Positions 7,841 through 16,664 of a stretch of 64,000 bases of DNA are shown here, one piece after another; the stretch's first letter is position 1; every line of letters begins with the position of its first letter. The stretch comes from an uncultured Clostridia bacterium. Its GTDB lineage: Bacteria; Bacillota; Clostridia; TANB77; CAG-508. The stretch lies in NCBI GenBank assembly GCA_934157035.1, contig CAKPHG010000001.1, positions 73,342-137,341 on the forward strand, written 5' to 3'. The position numbers and the translations under genes are program-made. Below the pieces are notes generated by a model. The model ran no database searches. It saw nothing but the letters and a program-made list of their open reading frames with translations, and was not told where the DNA came from.

Positions 7841-10456
7841 TTATGACATTTTCTCTTTAATTTTAACCAATGTGTTTAATGCATCTATTGGTGTTAATAC
7901 GTTTAAGTCTATTTTGTCTATCTCTTGTGCTAGTTCTGCTAATTTATAGTTGCCCATATCTAATTGTCCTTCAACTTGCTTTTTGCTTTCTATTTGTTTT
8001 CCGTTTAAGATATTTTTTCTTTCTAATGAGCGTAATATTTCATTTGCTCTTTTAGTTACGTCTTTTGGAACACCTGCTAAGCGCGCAACATGAACACCAT
8101 AACTTTCATCTGTTCCACCATTTACTATTTTTCTTAAGAAAATGATGTCTTCTCCTTTTTCTTTAACAGCTATAGAATAATTTTTTATTCCTTCTAACTT
8201 GTTTTCCAAGTCTGTTAATTCATGGTAATGTGTTGCAAATAGTGTTTTTGCTCCACATCTTTCTTTATCTGCTATATATTCTGCAACAGCCCATGCAATA
8301 GAAAGTCCATCGTATGTAGAAGTTCCTCTTCCTATTTCGTCAAGTATTACTAAACTATTTGAAGTTGCATTTTTTAGTATTGTTGCTACTTCCATCATTT
8401 CTACCATAAAAGTACTTTGTCCCATGCTTAAATCATCTGAAGCACCAACTCTTGTAAATATTTTGTCTACAACTCCTATTTTGGCGTAACTTGCAGGAAC
8501 AAATGAACCTATTTGAGCCATTAGTGTAATTAATGCTACTTGTCTCATATATGTAGATTTACCAGCCATGTTAGGTCCTGTAATTATTGCAAGTCTTGAA
8601 TCGCCTTTATCTAAATATGTATCATTTTGAACAAAGCTTCCTGATGGTAGCATTTTTTCAATAACAGGATGACGTCCATCTTTTATATCTATTACTCCAC
8701 TATTATCAACTATTGGTTCTACATAGTTCATGTCTTCTGCAACTTGTGCTAACGAGCATAGAACATCTAATATAGAAATTACTTCTGCTGATTTTTGTAT
8801 TCTTCTTATTTTTCCTTCTATATCATCTCTTATTTCAACAAACGCATTATATTCTAAGTTTATAACTCTTTCTTCTGCACCTAAAATTTGATTTTCTAAA
8901 TTTTTAAGTTCTTCTGTTATGTATCTTTCACCATTTGTTAATGTTTGTTTACGAATATATCTGTCTGGCACTAAATCCATATTTGATTTTGTTACTTCTA
9001 AATAATATCCAAATACTCTGTTAAATCCTATTTTTAATCCTTTTATTCCTGTTTGTTCTCTTTCTTTTGCTTCTAGTTCAATAAGCCATGTTTTTCCTTG
9101 TGTTGATGCTTTTTTTAACTGATCTATTTCTTCATTATAGCCTATTTTTATTAAGTTTCCTTCTTTTATTGACATTGGTGGTTCATCTACAATCGCTTCT
9201 TCTATTAAGTCATGAATATCTGTTAATTCGTCTAAATTCTCATATAGATGTCTTAATAATTTTGCATTTGTATTTTCCAATACTTTTTTAACTAAAGGAA
9301 GTTGCTTTGTTGAATTTTTAAGAGAAATCATATCTCTACCAGTTGCATTTCCATACGCTATTCTTCCTGCTAGTCTTTCCATATCATAAACTTTCTTAAG
9401 AGCCTCTATAGCATCCCCTCTTAAAATTATATTATCTTTTAGCTCTTTTACAGCTTCTAATCTGTTATTTATCTCCCATACATCAACTAATGGGTCGTTA
9501 AGCCATCTTCTAAGCATTCTTCCTCCCATTGATGTAGAAGTTTTATCCAAAACCCATAAAAGTGTACCTTTTTTTGATTTATCTCTCATTTTTTCTGTTA
9601 TTTCTAGGTTTCTTCTTGCGCTAATATCTAATGACATATATTTTGTAGTAGTATAAACTATTATTTTATTTATATGGTCTAAATTAGTTTTTTGTGTTTC
9701 TATTAAATAATCTAATAATCCATTTATTGAAGATACTATTAATTCTTTATCTTCTAAGGTTTCTATTTTTTCTTCATGGTCATTTACAAATAAATAGTTT
9801 TGTAATAATTTTTCTGTATTTTTTGAAAAAGCTTCTTCTTTTACTCTTGAAATATATACTTCAAAACGTTCTTTTATTTTAGATATTTCTTCTAAAGAAT
9901 CATACATGAAAGGATTTACTATTATTTCTGCAGGATTAAATTTAGAAATTTCATCTAATAGCTTTGGAAAATTATTGTTTTCAGCAATTTGTGTTGTTCT
10001 AAAATCACCTGTTGAAACATCGCAAACACTTACACCATAATATAACCCTGTTTTATATACACTCATTATATAATTGTTTTTCTTTTCATCTAATAAATTG
10101 CTTTCTATAACAGTTCCTGGCGTTACTACACGAATAACTCCTCTTTTAACAATTCCTTTTGCTTGTTTTGGATCTTCTAATTGTTCACAAATAGCAACTT
10201 TATAACCTTTTTCAATTAGCTTTGCAATATATGTATCTGCAGCATGAAATGGAATTCCACACATTGGCGCACGTTCTTCTTGTCCACATAGCTTACCTGT
10301 AAGTGTTAACTCCAATTCTTTTGACGCTTTAATTGCATCATCAAAAAACATTTCATAAAAGTCACCTAAACGATAGAATAATATACAATCTTGATATTCT
10401 TCCTTTGTTTTTAAATATTCTTGCATCATAGGTGAAAATTCTGATTTTTCTGACAT
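7841..10456 (-). CDS. mutS: DNA mismatch repair protein MutS
   Basis: 871 aa. Walker A GPNMAGKSTYMRQ. Mismatch-binding N-terminus (GDFYE..F.DDA). DEIGRGTST. HTH C-terminus. Confidence 0.95.
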   Translation of the reverse strand: MSEKSEFSPMMQEYLKTKEEYQDCILFYRLGDFYEMFFDDAIKASKELELTLTGKLCGQEERAPMCGIPFHAADTYIAKLIEKGYKVAICEQLEDPKQAKGIVKRGVIRVVTPGTVIESNLLDEKKNNYIMSVYKTGLYYGVSVCDVSTGDFRTTQIAENNNFPKLLDEISKFNPAEIIVNPFMYDSLEEISKIKERFEVYISRVKEEAFSKNTEKLLQNYLFVNDHEEKIETLEDKELIVSSINGLLDYLIETQKTNLDHINKIIVYTTTKYMSLDISARRNLEITEKMRDKSKKGTLLWVLDKTSTSMGGRMLRRWLNDPLVDVWEINNRLEAVKELKDNIILRGDAIEALKKVYDMERLAGRIAYGNATGRDMISLKNSTKQLPLVKKVLENTNAKLLRHLYENLDELTDIHDLIEEAIVDEPPMSIKEGNLIKIGYNEEIDQLKKASTQGKTWLIELEAKEREQTGIKGLKIGFNRVFGYYLEVTKSNMDLVPDRYIRKQTLTNGERYITEELKNLENQILGAEERVINLEYNAFVEIRDDIEGKIRRIQKSAEVISILDVLCSLAQVAEDMNYVEPIVDNSGVIDIKDGRHPVIEKMLPSGSFVQNDTYLDKGDSRLAIITGPNMAGKSTYMRQVALITLMAQIGSFVPASYAKIGVVDKIFTRVGASDDLSMGQSTFMVEMMEVATILKNATSNSLVILDEIGRGTSTYDGLSIAWAVAEYIADKERCGAKTLFATHYHELTDLENKLEGIKNYSIAVKEKGEDIIFLRKIVNGGTDESYGVHVARLAGVPKDVTKRANEILRSLERKNILNGKQIESKKQVEGQLDMGNYKLAELAQEIDKIDLNVLTPIDALNTLVKIKEKMS

Positions 10457-10598
10457 CTTTTATTACTCCTTTATTTGTATTTTCTATATTATTTTTTGTA
10501 CCTCTTCTGCTTTTTTAACTTTTTAAATTAAGTCGATAAAAACATAATCAAGTAGGAATGTCACCTTTGTTCCGAATTCGGAACGAAAAGGACCGTCC

Positions 10599-12008
10599 CT
10601 AGTGTTCTCCTTTTAAATACCACATATGTTCAGAAACTATTTTTACATCAATCATTTTTCCTATTAAACTTTTATCGCCTTCAAAAACAACAACTTTATT
10701 TGAGTCTGTTCTACCTGTTAACATTTCTTCATTATTTTTGCTTGTTCCTTCAACAAATATTTTTTGCACTGTTCCTATATATTTTTTATTATTTTCAGCT
10801 ATTTGACTTTCTACTAGAGCTTTTAGCTTGTTGAAATTTTTATGTTTTATTTCTTCTGGTATTTGATCTTCCATCTTATCTGCTGGTGTTCCAACTCTTC
10901 TTGAATATATAAACATAAATACTTGTTCAAATTTTACTTTCCTTACAACATCTAGTGTATCTTCAAATTCTTCTGTTGTTTCTCCTGGAAATCCAACTAT
11001 TATATCTGTTGTAAATCTCACATTTGGTATTTTATCTCTCATTTTTTCTACTAAACTTAAGTATTGTTCTTTAGTATATTTTCTGTTCATTCTTCTTAAT
11101 ACTTCAGTACTTCCAGATTGAAGAGGTAAATGTACTAATTTGCAAACTTTATCGCAATCTCTTATTGCTTCTATTACATCATCTGTAAAATCCTTTGGAT
11201 GTGGTGAAATAAAGCGTATTCTATCTATTCCATCTATTTTATTTACTGCTCTTAAAAGTGTTGCAAATGAATTAACTCCCTCGTATTCTTCAAACTCAAT
11301 TTCTTTTTCGCGTTCTACTCTTAAGTATGAATTAACATTTTGTCCTAAAAGTGTTACTTCTTTATATCCTTGTTTTGCTAAATCTCTAATTTCTTCTATT
11401 ATATCTTTTGGATTTCTACTTCTTTCTCTTCCTCTTACATACGGAACTATACAATAAGTACAAAAATTATTGCACCCATTCATAATTGTAACCGATGCTG
11501 AAACCTTGTCATTTCTAGAAATAGGAAGTCCTTCTATAACTTCACCATCTATATCTAATATATCTCTTATTTTTCTATTTTCTTCTAGTACTTTATATAA
11601 ATCTTCTGGAAATTTATGAAGTGTATGAGTTCCAAATATTATATCTACATAAGGATAACTTTCCTTTAGTTTTTTTATAATATGTTCTTCTTGCATCATG
11701 CATCCACCAATTGCAATTATTGTGCCTTTTTCTTCTTTTTGCTTTTTTACTTCTCCAACTTTTCCAAAAAGTTTTTCTTCTGCATTTTCGCGAACACAGC
11801 AAGTATTGAATAAAACTAAGTCTGCTTCTTTCATATTTTCTGTTTTTGTATAATTCATTTTTTCAAGCATACCACATAATTTTTCAGAATCATTCTCGTT
11901 TAACTGACATCCCATTGTCATTATATAATATTTTAAATTTTTATCTTCATTTATTTTTTGTATTTTATCTATATATTCTAGCTCTTTTTCTATATTTACT
12001 GTTTTCAT
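10599..12008 (-). CDS. miaB: tRNA-2-methylthio-N6-dimethylallyladenosine synthase MiaB (radical SAM methylthiotransferase). Start placed at the internal Met with SD AAGGAG (track ORF extends to 12080).
   Basis: MTMGCQLNENDSE (UPF0004 N-domain). Radical-SAM CNNFCTYC. TRAM C-terminus. aaggagaaatacattaATG at 12008. Gene order miaB-mutS is conserved in Firmicutes. Confidence 0.9.
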   Translation of the reverse strand: MKTVNIEKELEYIDKIQKINEDKNLKYYIMTMGCQLNENDSEKLCGMLEKMNYTKTENMKEADLVLFNTCCVRENAEEKLFGKVGEVKKQKEEKGTIIAIGGCMMQEEHIIKKLKESYPYVDIIFGTHTLHKFPEDLYKVLEENRKIRDILDIDGEVIEGLPISRNDKVSASVTIMNGCNNFCTYCIVPYVRGRERSRNPKDIIEEIRDLAKQGYKEVTLLGQNVNSYLRVEREKEIEFEEYEGVNSFATLLRAVNKIDGIDRIRFISPHPKDFTDDVIEAIRDCDKVCKLVHLPLQSGSTEVLRRMNRKYTKEQYLSLVEKMRDKIPNVRFTTDIIVGFPGETTEEFEDTLDVVRKVKFEQVFMFIYSRRVGTPADKMEDQIPEEIKHKNFNKLKALVESQIAENNKKYIGTVQKIFVEGTSKNNEEMLTGRTDSNKVVVFEGDKSLIGKMIDVKIVSEHMWYLKGEH

Positions 12009-12143
12009 TAATGTATTTCTCCTTATATATTTTTCTTGCATATTATATATTATTTTCTCTATTTTTTCAACATTTTTCACTTTTATTCTCTTTTAGAATT
12101 ATTAAAATAAATTTTTTAATAATTCTATTTACTAACCACCATA

Positions 12144-12170
12144 AAAAGCCGACAAAATGTCGGCTTTTTA
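12144..12170. terminator. Intrinsic terminator (GCCGACA-aaa-TGTCGGC with flanking A/T runs, bidirectional)
   Basis: aaaaagccgacaaaatgtcggcttttta sits between the 12177..12533 gene and miaB. Confidence 0.75.
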
Positions 12171-12176
12171 TAGTAA

Positions 12177-12533
12177 TCATTTTTTTAAGTTATTAAACTT
12201 ATTTTCCATACTTTCAACTCTTGACTTTAAAGAGGTCAGCTTAAATACTTTATCTCTTGCTCTTTTAATTTCAAAGTTGACTTTTTTAAGTTTAATACTT
12301 TTTACAGATTCATTAAAAACATTTCTTGATGTATCGAAGAATACTTTTTTTCTGCGTTCACAACAATTATCTATAATTCTAAACATATAATATATTTCTA
12401 TGTTTATGTCTCTTTTCAGACTTTCTATGTCTTCTAAATAAATGTCGCAATTTTGCTTAGCTTCTTCTACATCTTTTTTTAAGAGTAATTCATACCGCTT
12501 AACTTTTCTTCGAATCTCTGTTATTTCTTTCAT
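12177..12533 (-). CDS. Hypothetical coiled-coil protein, 118 aa (start at the Met with SD AAGGGGG; track ORF extends to 12581)
   Basis: MKEITEIRRKVKRYELLLKKD...IIDNCCERRKK. Helical/charged composition. The position upstream of miaB is reminiscent of B. subtilis ymcA(ricA)-ymcB, but no sequence match is claimed. Confidence 0.4.
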   Translation of the reverse strand: MKEITEIRRKVKRYELLLKKDVEEAKQNCDIYLEDIESLKRDINIEIYYMFRIIDNCCERRKKVFFDTSRNVFNESVKSIKLKKVNFEIKRARDKVFKLTSLKSRVESMENKFNNLKK

Positions 12534-12633
12534 ATTGTTCCCCCTTTTGATGTTTATTAGATTCTTACTACAATTTAACAATAATATATTATATGCTGGT
12601 ATTTAATTTTTTGTCAATAATTTATTATTAAAT

Positions 12634-12665
12634 ACAAAAAAAAGAATGGTTAACTCCCATTCTAA
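12634..12665 (-). terminator. Intrinsic terminator of rpmE (AGAATGG/CCATTCT plus U-run)
   Basis: Minus strand reads agaatgggagttaaccattcttttttttg immediately after the rpmE stop. Confidence 0.7.
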
Positions 12666-12675
12666 TTTATTCCTA

Positions 12676-12876
12676 TTATTGAATACCATATTTTTTCTTA
12701 AATTTGTCTGCTCTACCACCTGTAGTTTCTCTTTTTAAGTTACCTGTCCAATATGGATGACATTTTGAACAAACATCAACTTTTATATCAGATTTTGTTG
12801 AATTTGTTTTCATTACATTTCCACATGCACATGTTATTGTTGCTTCTTTGTATTCTGGATGTATTCCTTCTCTCAT
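12676..12876 (-). CDS. rpmE: 50S ribosomal protein L31
   Basis: MREGIHPEY...CACGN...CSKCHPYWTG. Canonical L31 with a Zn ribbon. Confidence 0.9.
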   Translation of the reverse strand: MREGIHPEYKEATITCACGNVMKTNSTKSDIKVDVCSKCHPYWTGNLKRETTGGRADKFKKKYGIQ

Positions 12877-13005
12877 TATGTATTCACCTCTTCCTTTATT
12901 TCTTATCTATTTTTATTTATTTACGATAATATTAATTTAATTTTTTTCAAAATTAAAAGTATCGTTTTTTATATTAACATATTTTTATTTTTTTTTCAAT
13001 ACTTT

Positions 13006-13170
13006 TTACTTACTTATTTCATTTTTTTCTTGTTCATCTAAAATATATTGTGCTGAAGACCTTAACTCTTCGTTTAGAGAATTCTTTTTCACTATTTTTG
13101 TAACAATATTGAATAAACAAGCTACAATTAAAATAAAAAGTAAAAGTTTCTTCCAAATTTTAGCAACCAT
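13006..13170 (-). CDS. Possible small membrane protein (54 aa, below track cut-off)
   Basis: Manual translation gives MVAKIWKKLLLFILIVACLFNIVTKIVKKNSLNEELRSSAQYILDEQEKNEISK. SD AGGAGAattagaATG. One TM helix. Confidence 0.3.
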   Translation of the reverse strand: MVAKIWKKLLLFILIVACLFNIVTKIVKKNSLNEELRSSAQYILDEQEKNEISK

Positions 13171-13292
13171 TCTAATTCTCCTACTTTTTTCTACTATATA
13201 ATTATACTATATTTTTTTATTTTGTCAACTAGTTATATTTTCTATTTTTTAGTAAATACTATATAAAAATAATTTTTTATAGGAGTTTATTT

Positions 13293-13964
13293 ATGAAAAA
13301 AAATATTATTTGGATTATTTTAATAATTATTGTATTACTTATTATAGGATTTTTCCTTTTTAAAAATTCTAACAATAAAATTTATAATAATAATAATTTA
13401 AATTTATCTAATTTTAATGACTTAGAAACAACAGATACTAATATATTAAAAGCTGAAAATAGAGTTTCTAATATTATAAAAAATAAAAATGAAATTTTAA
13501 ATAATATTTCAAACGAAAAAGAACTTTCTTCTTATTTTACTATTATAAAAGATAATTCGGAAGGAAGATTAACTAATATAAATATTACTTGTAATATTTT
13601 AAATAATACTATTATTAAATCAAATGAAACATTTTCCTTCAATAATATAGTTGGAAAACCAACGGAAGAAAGAGGCTATAAAGAAGCTAATGTAATTATT
13701 AATAACAAAACAGAAAAAGGTATTGGCGGTGGAAATTGTCAAGTAAGTAGTACTATTTATAATGCTGTTCTAGCCGTTCCAAATTTAACTGTTATAGAAA
13801 GACATGAACATGGCATGGATGTGAGTTATGTTCCAGACGGAAAAGATGCTGCTGTTTCTTATGGTTCTTTAGATTTAAAATTCAAAAACGATACTGGAAG
13901 AGATTTACTTCTTAATGTAACTACAGATAATTCTTCAATATTGGCAAAAATAACAGAGTTATAA
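13293..13964 (+). CDS. VanW-family protein (membrane-anchored)
   Basis: N-terminal TM. VanW-domain motifs GIGGGNCQVSSTIYNA and ERHEHGMDVSYVPDGKDAAVSYG. Confidence 0.7.
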   Translation: MKKNIIWIILIIIVLLIIGFFLFKNSNNKIYNNNNLNLSNFNDLETTDTNILKAENRVSNIIKNKNEILNNISNEKELSSYFTIIKDNSEGRLTNINITCNILNNTIIKSNETFSFNNIVGKPTEERGYKEANVIINNKTEKGIGGGNCQVSSTIYNAVLAVPNLTVIERHEHGMDVSYVPDGKDAAVSYGSLDLKFKNDTGRDLLLNVTTDNSSILAKITEL

Positions 13965-14066
13965 TAAAAAAGAAAAATAGAGTATAATATTAAATATACT
14001 TTATTTCTTCATATTTTTTTGATTAACCTCATATAAATTTATTAAACTTTTATAGGAGGTTTTTTA

Positions 14067-15278
14067 ATGCGTAGATTTATATCTTGTTTTGTTTTATTTA
14101 TATTATTAAGTTTTGCAATTTCTCCTTTTTCGCTTTCATATACTGATTCCTCTTTTGTTTGGTCAGAAGATCTTTCTTCTATTGAGACTTCTTCAAATGT
14201 TTCTTCTCTAGAATTAGCTTCAGAAAGTGCAATTTTAATTGAGCAATTTTCAGGAAAAGTTTTATATGAGAAAAATTCCCATGACCAATTAAGACCTGCA
14301 TCTGTTACAAAAATTATGAGTATTCTGCTTATTATGGAATCTTTAGACAGTGGCAAAATTTCTTTAACAGATAAAGTTCCTTGTTCTGAAAAGGCTTCTA
14401 AAATGGGTGGTTCTCAAATTTGGTTAGACCCTCGAGAAACTCTTACTGTTGATGAAATGTTAAGAGCTATATGTATAGCTTCTGCAAATGACTGTACTGT
14501 TGCAATGGCAGAGTATTTGACTGGTTCAGAAGAAGCTTTTGTTCAAAAAATGAATGAAAAAGCTAAAGAACTAGGAATGAATGATACTACTTTTAAGAAT
14601 TGTCATGGTCTAGATGTAGATGGACATTTAACTTCTAGTAATGATATTGCTCTTATGTCTAAAGAGCTTTTAATAAAACACCCAAGTGTTACAAAATATA
14701 CAACTACTTGGATGGATACATTAAGAGATGGTAAATCGCAATTAGTAAATACAAATAAATTAATTAGAAATTATAAAGGAATTACTGGGCTTAAAACAGG
14801 TTCTACAAGTCTTGCTTTATATAATTTATCTGCTAGTGCTACAAGAGACGATTTATCTTTAATTGCTGTTATTATGCGAGCTCCAACTCCAAAAGACAGG
14901 TTTGCTGATGCTCAGAAATTACTAGATTATGGTTTTAATAATTACTCATATACTAAGTTTGCAAATAAAGGTGATATATTAAAATCTGTTGATGTTACAA
15001 AAGGAGTTAAAACGTCTTTAAATATTGTTTATGAAACTGATAGTGGTTGTTTATTGGAAAAAGGCTCAAATAAAAATATAGAGCAAATTATAAATATTCC
15101 AGATAATGTTTTTGCTCCTATTCAGAAAGGACAAAAAATAGGTGACATTTTTTATACTTTAAATAATGAAATTCTATGCTCTGTCTCTCTTATTGCTGAT
15201 GAAGATATAAAGAAAATTAATTTAAGTTCTATGTTTGAGAAAATATTTTTTAATTGGTTTAGACTTTTAAGATCATAA
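14067..15278 (+). CDS. D-alanyl-D-alanine carboxypeptidase (peptidase S11, PBP5/DacF-type) with signal peptide
   Basis: Signal peptide. SxxK (SVTK). SxN (SANDCT). KTG (KTGST). PBP5 C-terminal domain. Confidence 0.85.
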   Translation: MRRFISCFVLFILLSFAISPFSLSYTDSSFVWSEDLSSIETSSNVSSLELASESAILIEQFSGKVLYEKNSHDQLRPASVTKIMSILLIMESLDSGKISLTDKVPCSEKASKMGGSQIWLDPRETLTVDEMLRAICIASANDCTVAMAEYLTGSEEAFVQKMNEKAKELGMNDTTFKNCHGLDVDGHLTSSNDIALMSKELLIKHPSVTKYTTTWMDTLRDGKSQLVNTNKLIRNYKGITGLKTGSTSLALYNLSASATRDDLSLIAVIMRAPTPKDRFADAQKLLDYGFNNYSYTKFANKGDILKSVDVTKGVKTSLNIVYETDSGCLLEKGSNKNIEQIINIPDNVFAPIQKGQKIGDIFYTLNNEILCSVSLIADEDIKKINLSSMFEKIFFNWFRLLRS

Positions 15279-15279
15279 A

Positions 15280-15328
15280 AAACGCTTTCAAATGTTAAGT
15301 TTATTTCTAACATTTGAAAGCATTTTTT
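15280..15328. terminator. Bidirectional intrinsic terminator (14-bp stem GCTTTCAAATGTTA/TAACATTTGAAAGC)
   Basis: aaaaacgctttcaaatgttaagtttatttctaacatttgaaagcatttttt lies between the convergent dac gene and the 15349..15792 gene. Confidence 0.75.
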
Positions 15329-15348
15329 ATTTTTATACTAAAGAGTTT

Positions 15349-15792
15349 CTATTCTTCACCATATTTTTCGTCATATTCTTGTTGAGCTTGAACAGCCTCT
15401 AAAAATGCTACTTTTGCTTCTTGTGCTGCTAATAATGCTAATTTTACAGATTCCTCTGCATATTCTAATTCGTTGTCTATATATTTTGATAATTTTTCTT
15501 TATCATGAGCTTCTTTTCTCTCTTGAATATTTTCTTTCGCTACTTTAAAGTTCATTTGAGCTTTTAAAAGTTCACTTGAAATTTTTCCTTTTCCTCTTTC
15601 AGATGCTATTCTACATTGTTCTTTTGCTGCTTCTAATTCACTTTTTGCATCTTCCATTTTTTTAGATAAAGTATCTTTTGCTTCCATTCCAACAATAATT
15701 GCTGTATCTGTTCCATCTTTTATTTTTGAATTTAATTCTTTTAATTTTGAATTAAATTCATCCATTTTTTCTTTTCTTTCTTCTTTTGTCAT
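15349..15792 (-). CDS. Hypothetical alpha-helical/coiled-coil protein (147 aa)
   Basis: ORF with SD AGGAGGTAATTTATTATG. K/E-rich helical sequence. No confident family. Confidence 0.45.
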   Translation of the reverse strand: MTKEERKEKMDEFNSKLKELNSKIKDGTDTAIIVGMEAKDTLSKKMEDAKSELEAAKEQCRIASERGKGKISSELLKAQMNFKVAKENIQERKEAHDKEKLSKYIDNELEYAEESVKLALLAAQEAKVAFLEAVQAQQEYDEKYGEE

Positions 15793-15919
15793 AATAAATT
15801 ACCTCCTAATATTTATTTTTCTATTTTATATCATATAATTATGAACACTTTATGAATTTATTATTATTATTTACTTTTTTTATAATTTTTTATATTTAAT
15901 TTTATTAATTTGATAAAAA

Positions 15920-15962
15920 AGAAGTTATAAATGTATTTTTTCATTTATAACTTCTTTTTGGG
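15920..15962 (-). terminator. Intrinsic terminator after the 15967..16581 gene (AAGAAGTTATAAATG/CATTTATAACTTCTT)
   Basis: aaaaagaagttataaatgtattttttcatttataacttctttttg. Confidence 0.6.
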
Positions 15963-15966
15963 TTTT

Positions 15967-16581
15967 CTAGTTCCAAATTACTGGTCTTGGGTTACCACTT
16001 TTAAAACTTATTAAAACTGAATTTGTATTTAAATATTGAAATTTACATGGTACAAGGTAAGTCGAACTTACATTAGCATTATTACCAACTATACTTTTAG
16101 TTTCATCAAACCCTAATCCTTTTTTTTGTTCACTACCTGCTTTTAACTTTTCTACATATTTAGTATTCATATTTTTATACAAATTGCTTATTTCTGTAGA
16201 AGTAGAATTTGAAACTTCTTCATATATACTAGATGTCCAATAGTATGTTTGTCCACGACCTGGCCATGTTCTTACTCCACTATTATTACCAGTAGTATAT
16301 GTAGAACTATTATTTGTTGCTCCTCCATATCCACTTAAACCTAAATAAGCAGCTGCCGCCCAGTCAGCATTTAATGTTAAATGTGGATCTAAACTGTTTT
16401 TACTTAAAGTAGAAGTTGGATTTCTTAGGTCATAACATACTTGATATGCATCACTTACACTCGTTTGATATGCGCTTGCTCCATCTTTAATTTCCATAGC
16501 CGCATTTACTTTTCCATTTAAACATACTATAAAAATTAACGCTAATAAAAATATTATTAATAATTTAACTTTTTTCTTCAT
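15967..16581 (-). CDS. Secreted protein of unknown function (204 aa, signal peptide, Ser/Thr/Asn-rich), apparently co-transcribed downstream of the 640-aa pilin-like repeat protein
   Basis: MKKKVKLLIIFLLALIFIVCLNGKVNA signal peptide. No terminator in the 83-nt gap to the upstream gene. SD GGAGAAtaaaATG. Confidence 0.55.
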   Translation of the reverse strand: MKKKVKLLIIFLLALIFIVCLNGKVNAAMEIKDGASAYQTSVSDAYQVCYDLRNPTSTLSKNSLDPHLTLNADWAAAAYLGLSGYGGATNNSSTYTTGNNSGVRTWPGRGQTYYWTSSIYEEVSNSTSTEISNLYKNMNTKYVEKLKAGSEQKKGLGFDETKSIVGNNANVSSTYLVPCKFQYLNTNSVLISFKSGNPRPVIWN

Positions 16582-16664
16582 TTTATTCTCCTTTATTATA
16601 CACTTTCATCATCTATCATAACTTTTGTTAAATCTGCTTTATAGCATAACTCATCTCTTGATTT

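Noticed and set aside
7870-9882. Plus-strand ORFs 7870..8055, 9088..9291, 9694..9882 inside mutS
   Set aside because: Antisense artefacts, as above.
12080-12080. Long N-terminal extensions implied by track starts (miaB 12080, recA 22600 TTG, tig 42607, dnaE 48927, PHP 39210, YgjP 38180, rlmB 55693, VWA 62255)
   Set aside because: Internal Met codons preceded by good Shine-Dalgarno sequences give N-termini matching family consensus. The extensions were treated as non-coding leader.
11140-12390. ORFs 11140..11457(+), 11614..11802(-), 11846..12196(+), 12157..12390(+) overlapping miaB and the upstream gene
   Set aside because: They overlap well-supported genes in other frames. Low-complexity products.
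14042-14356. Minus-strand ORF overlapping the start of the D-Ala-D-Ala carboxypeptidase gene
   Set aside because: Overlaps a motif-rich gene. No SD. Likely spurious.
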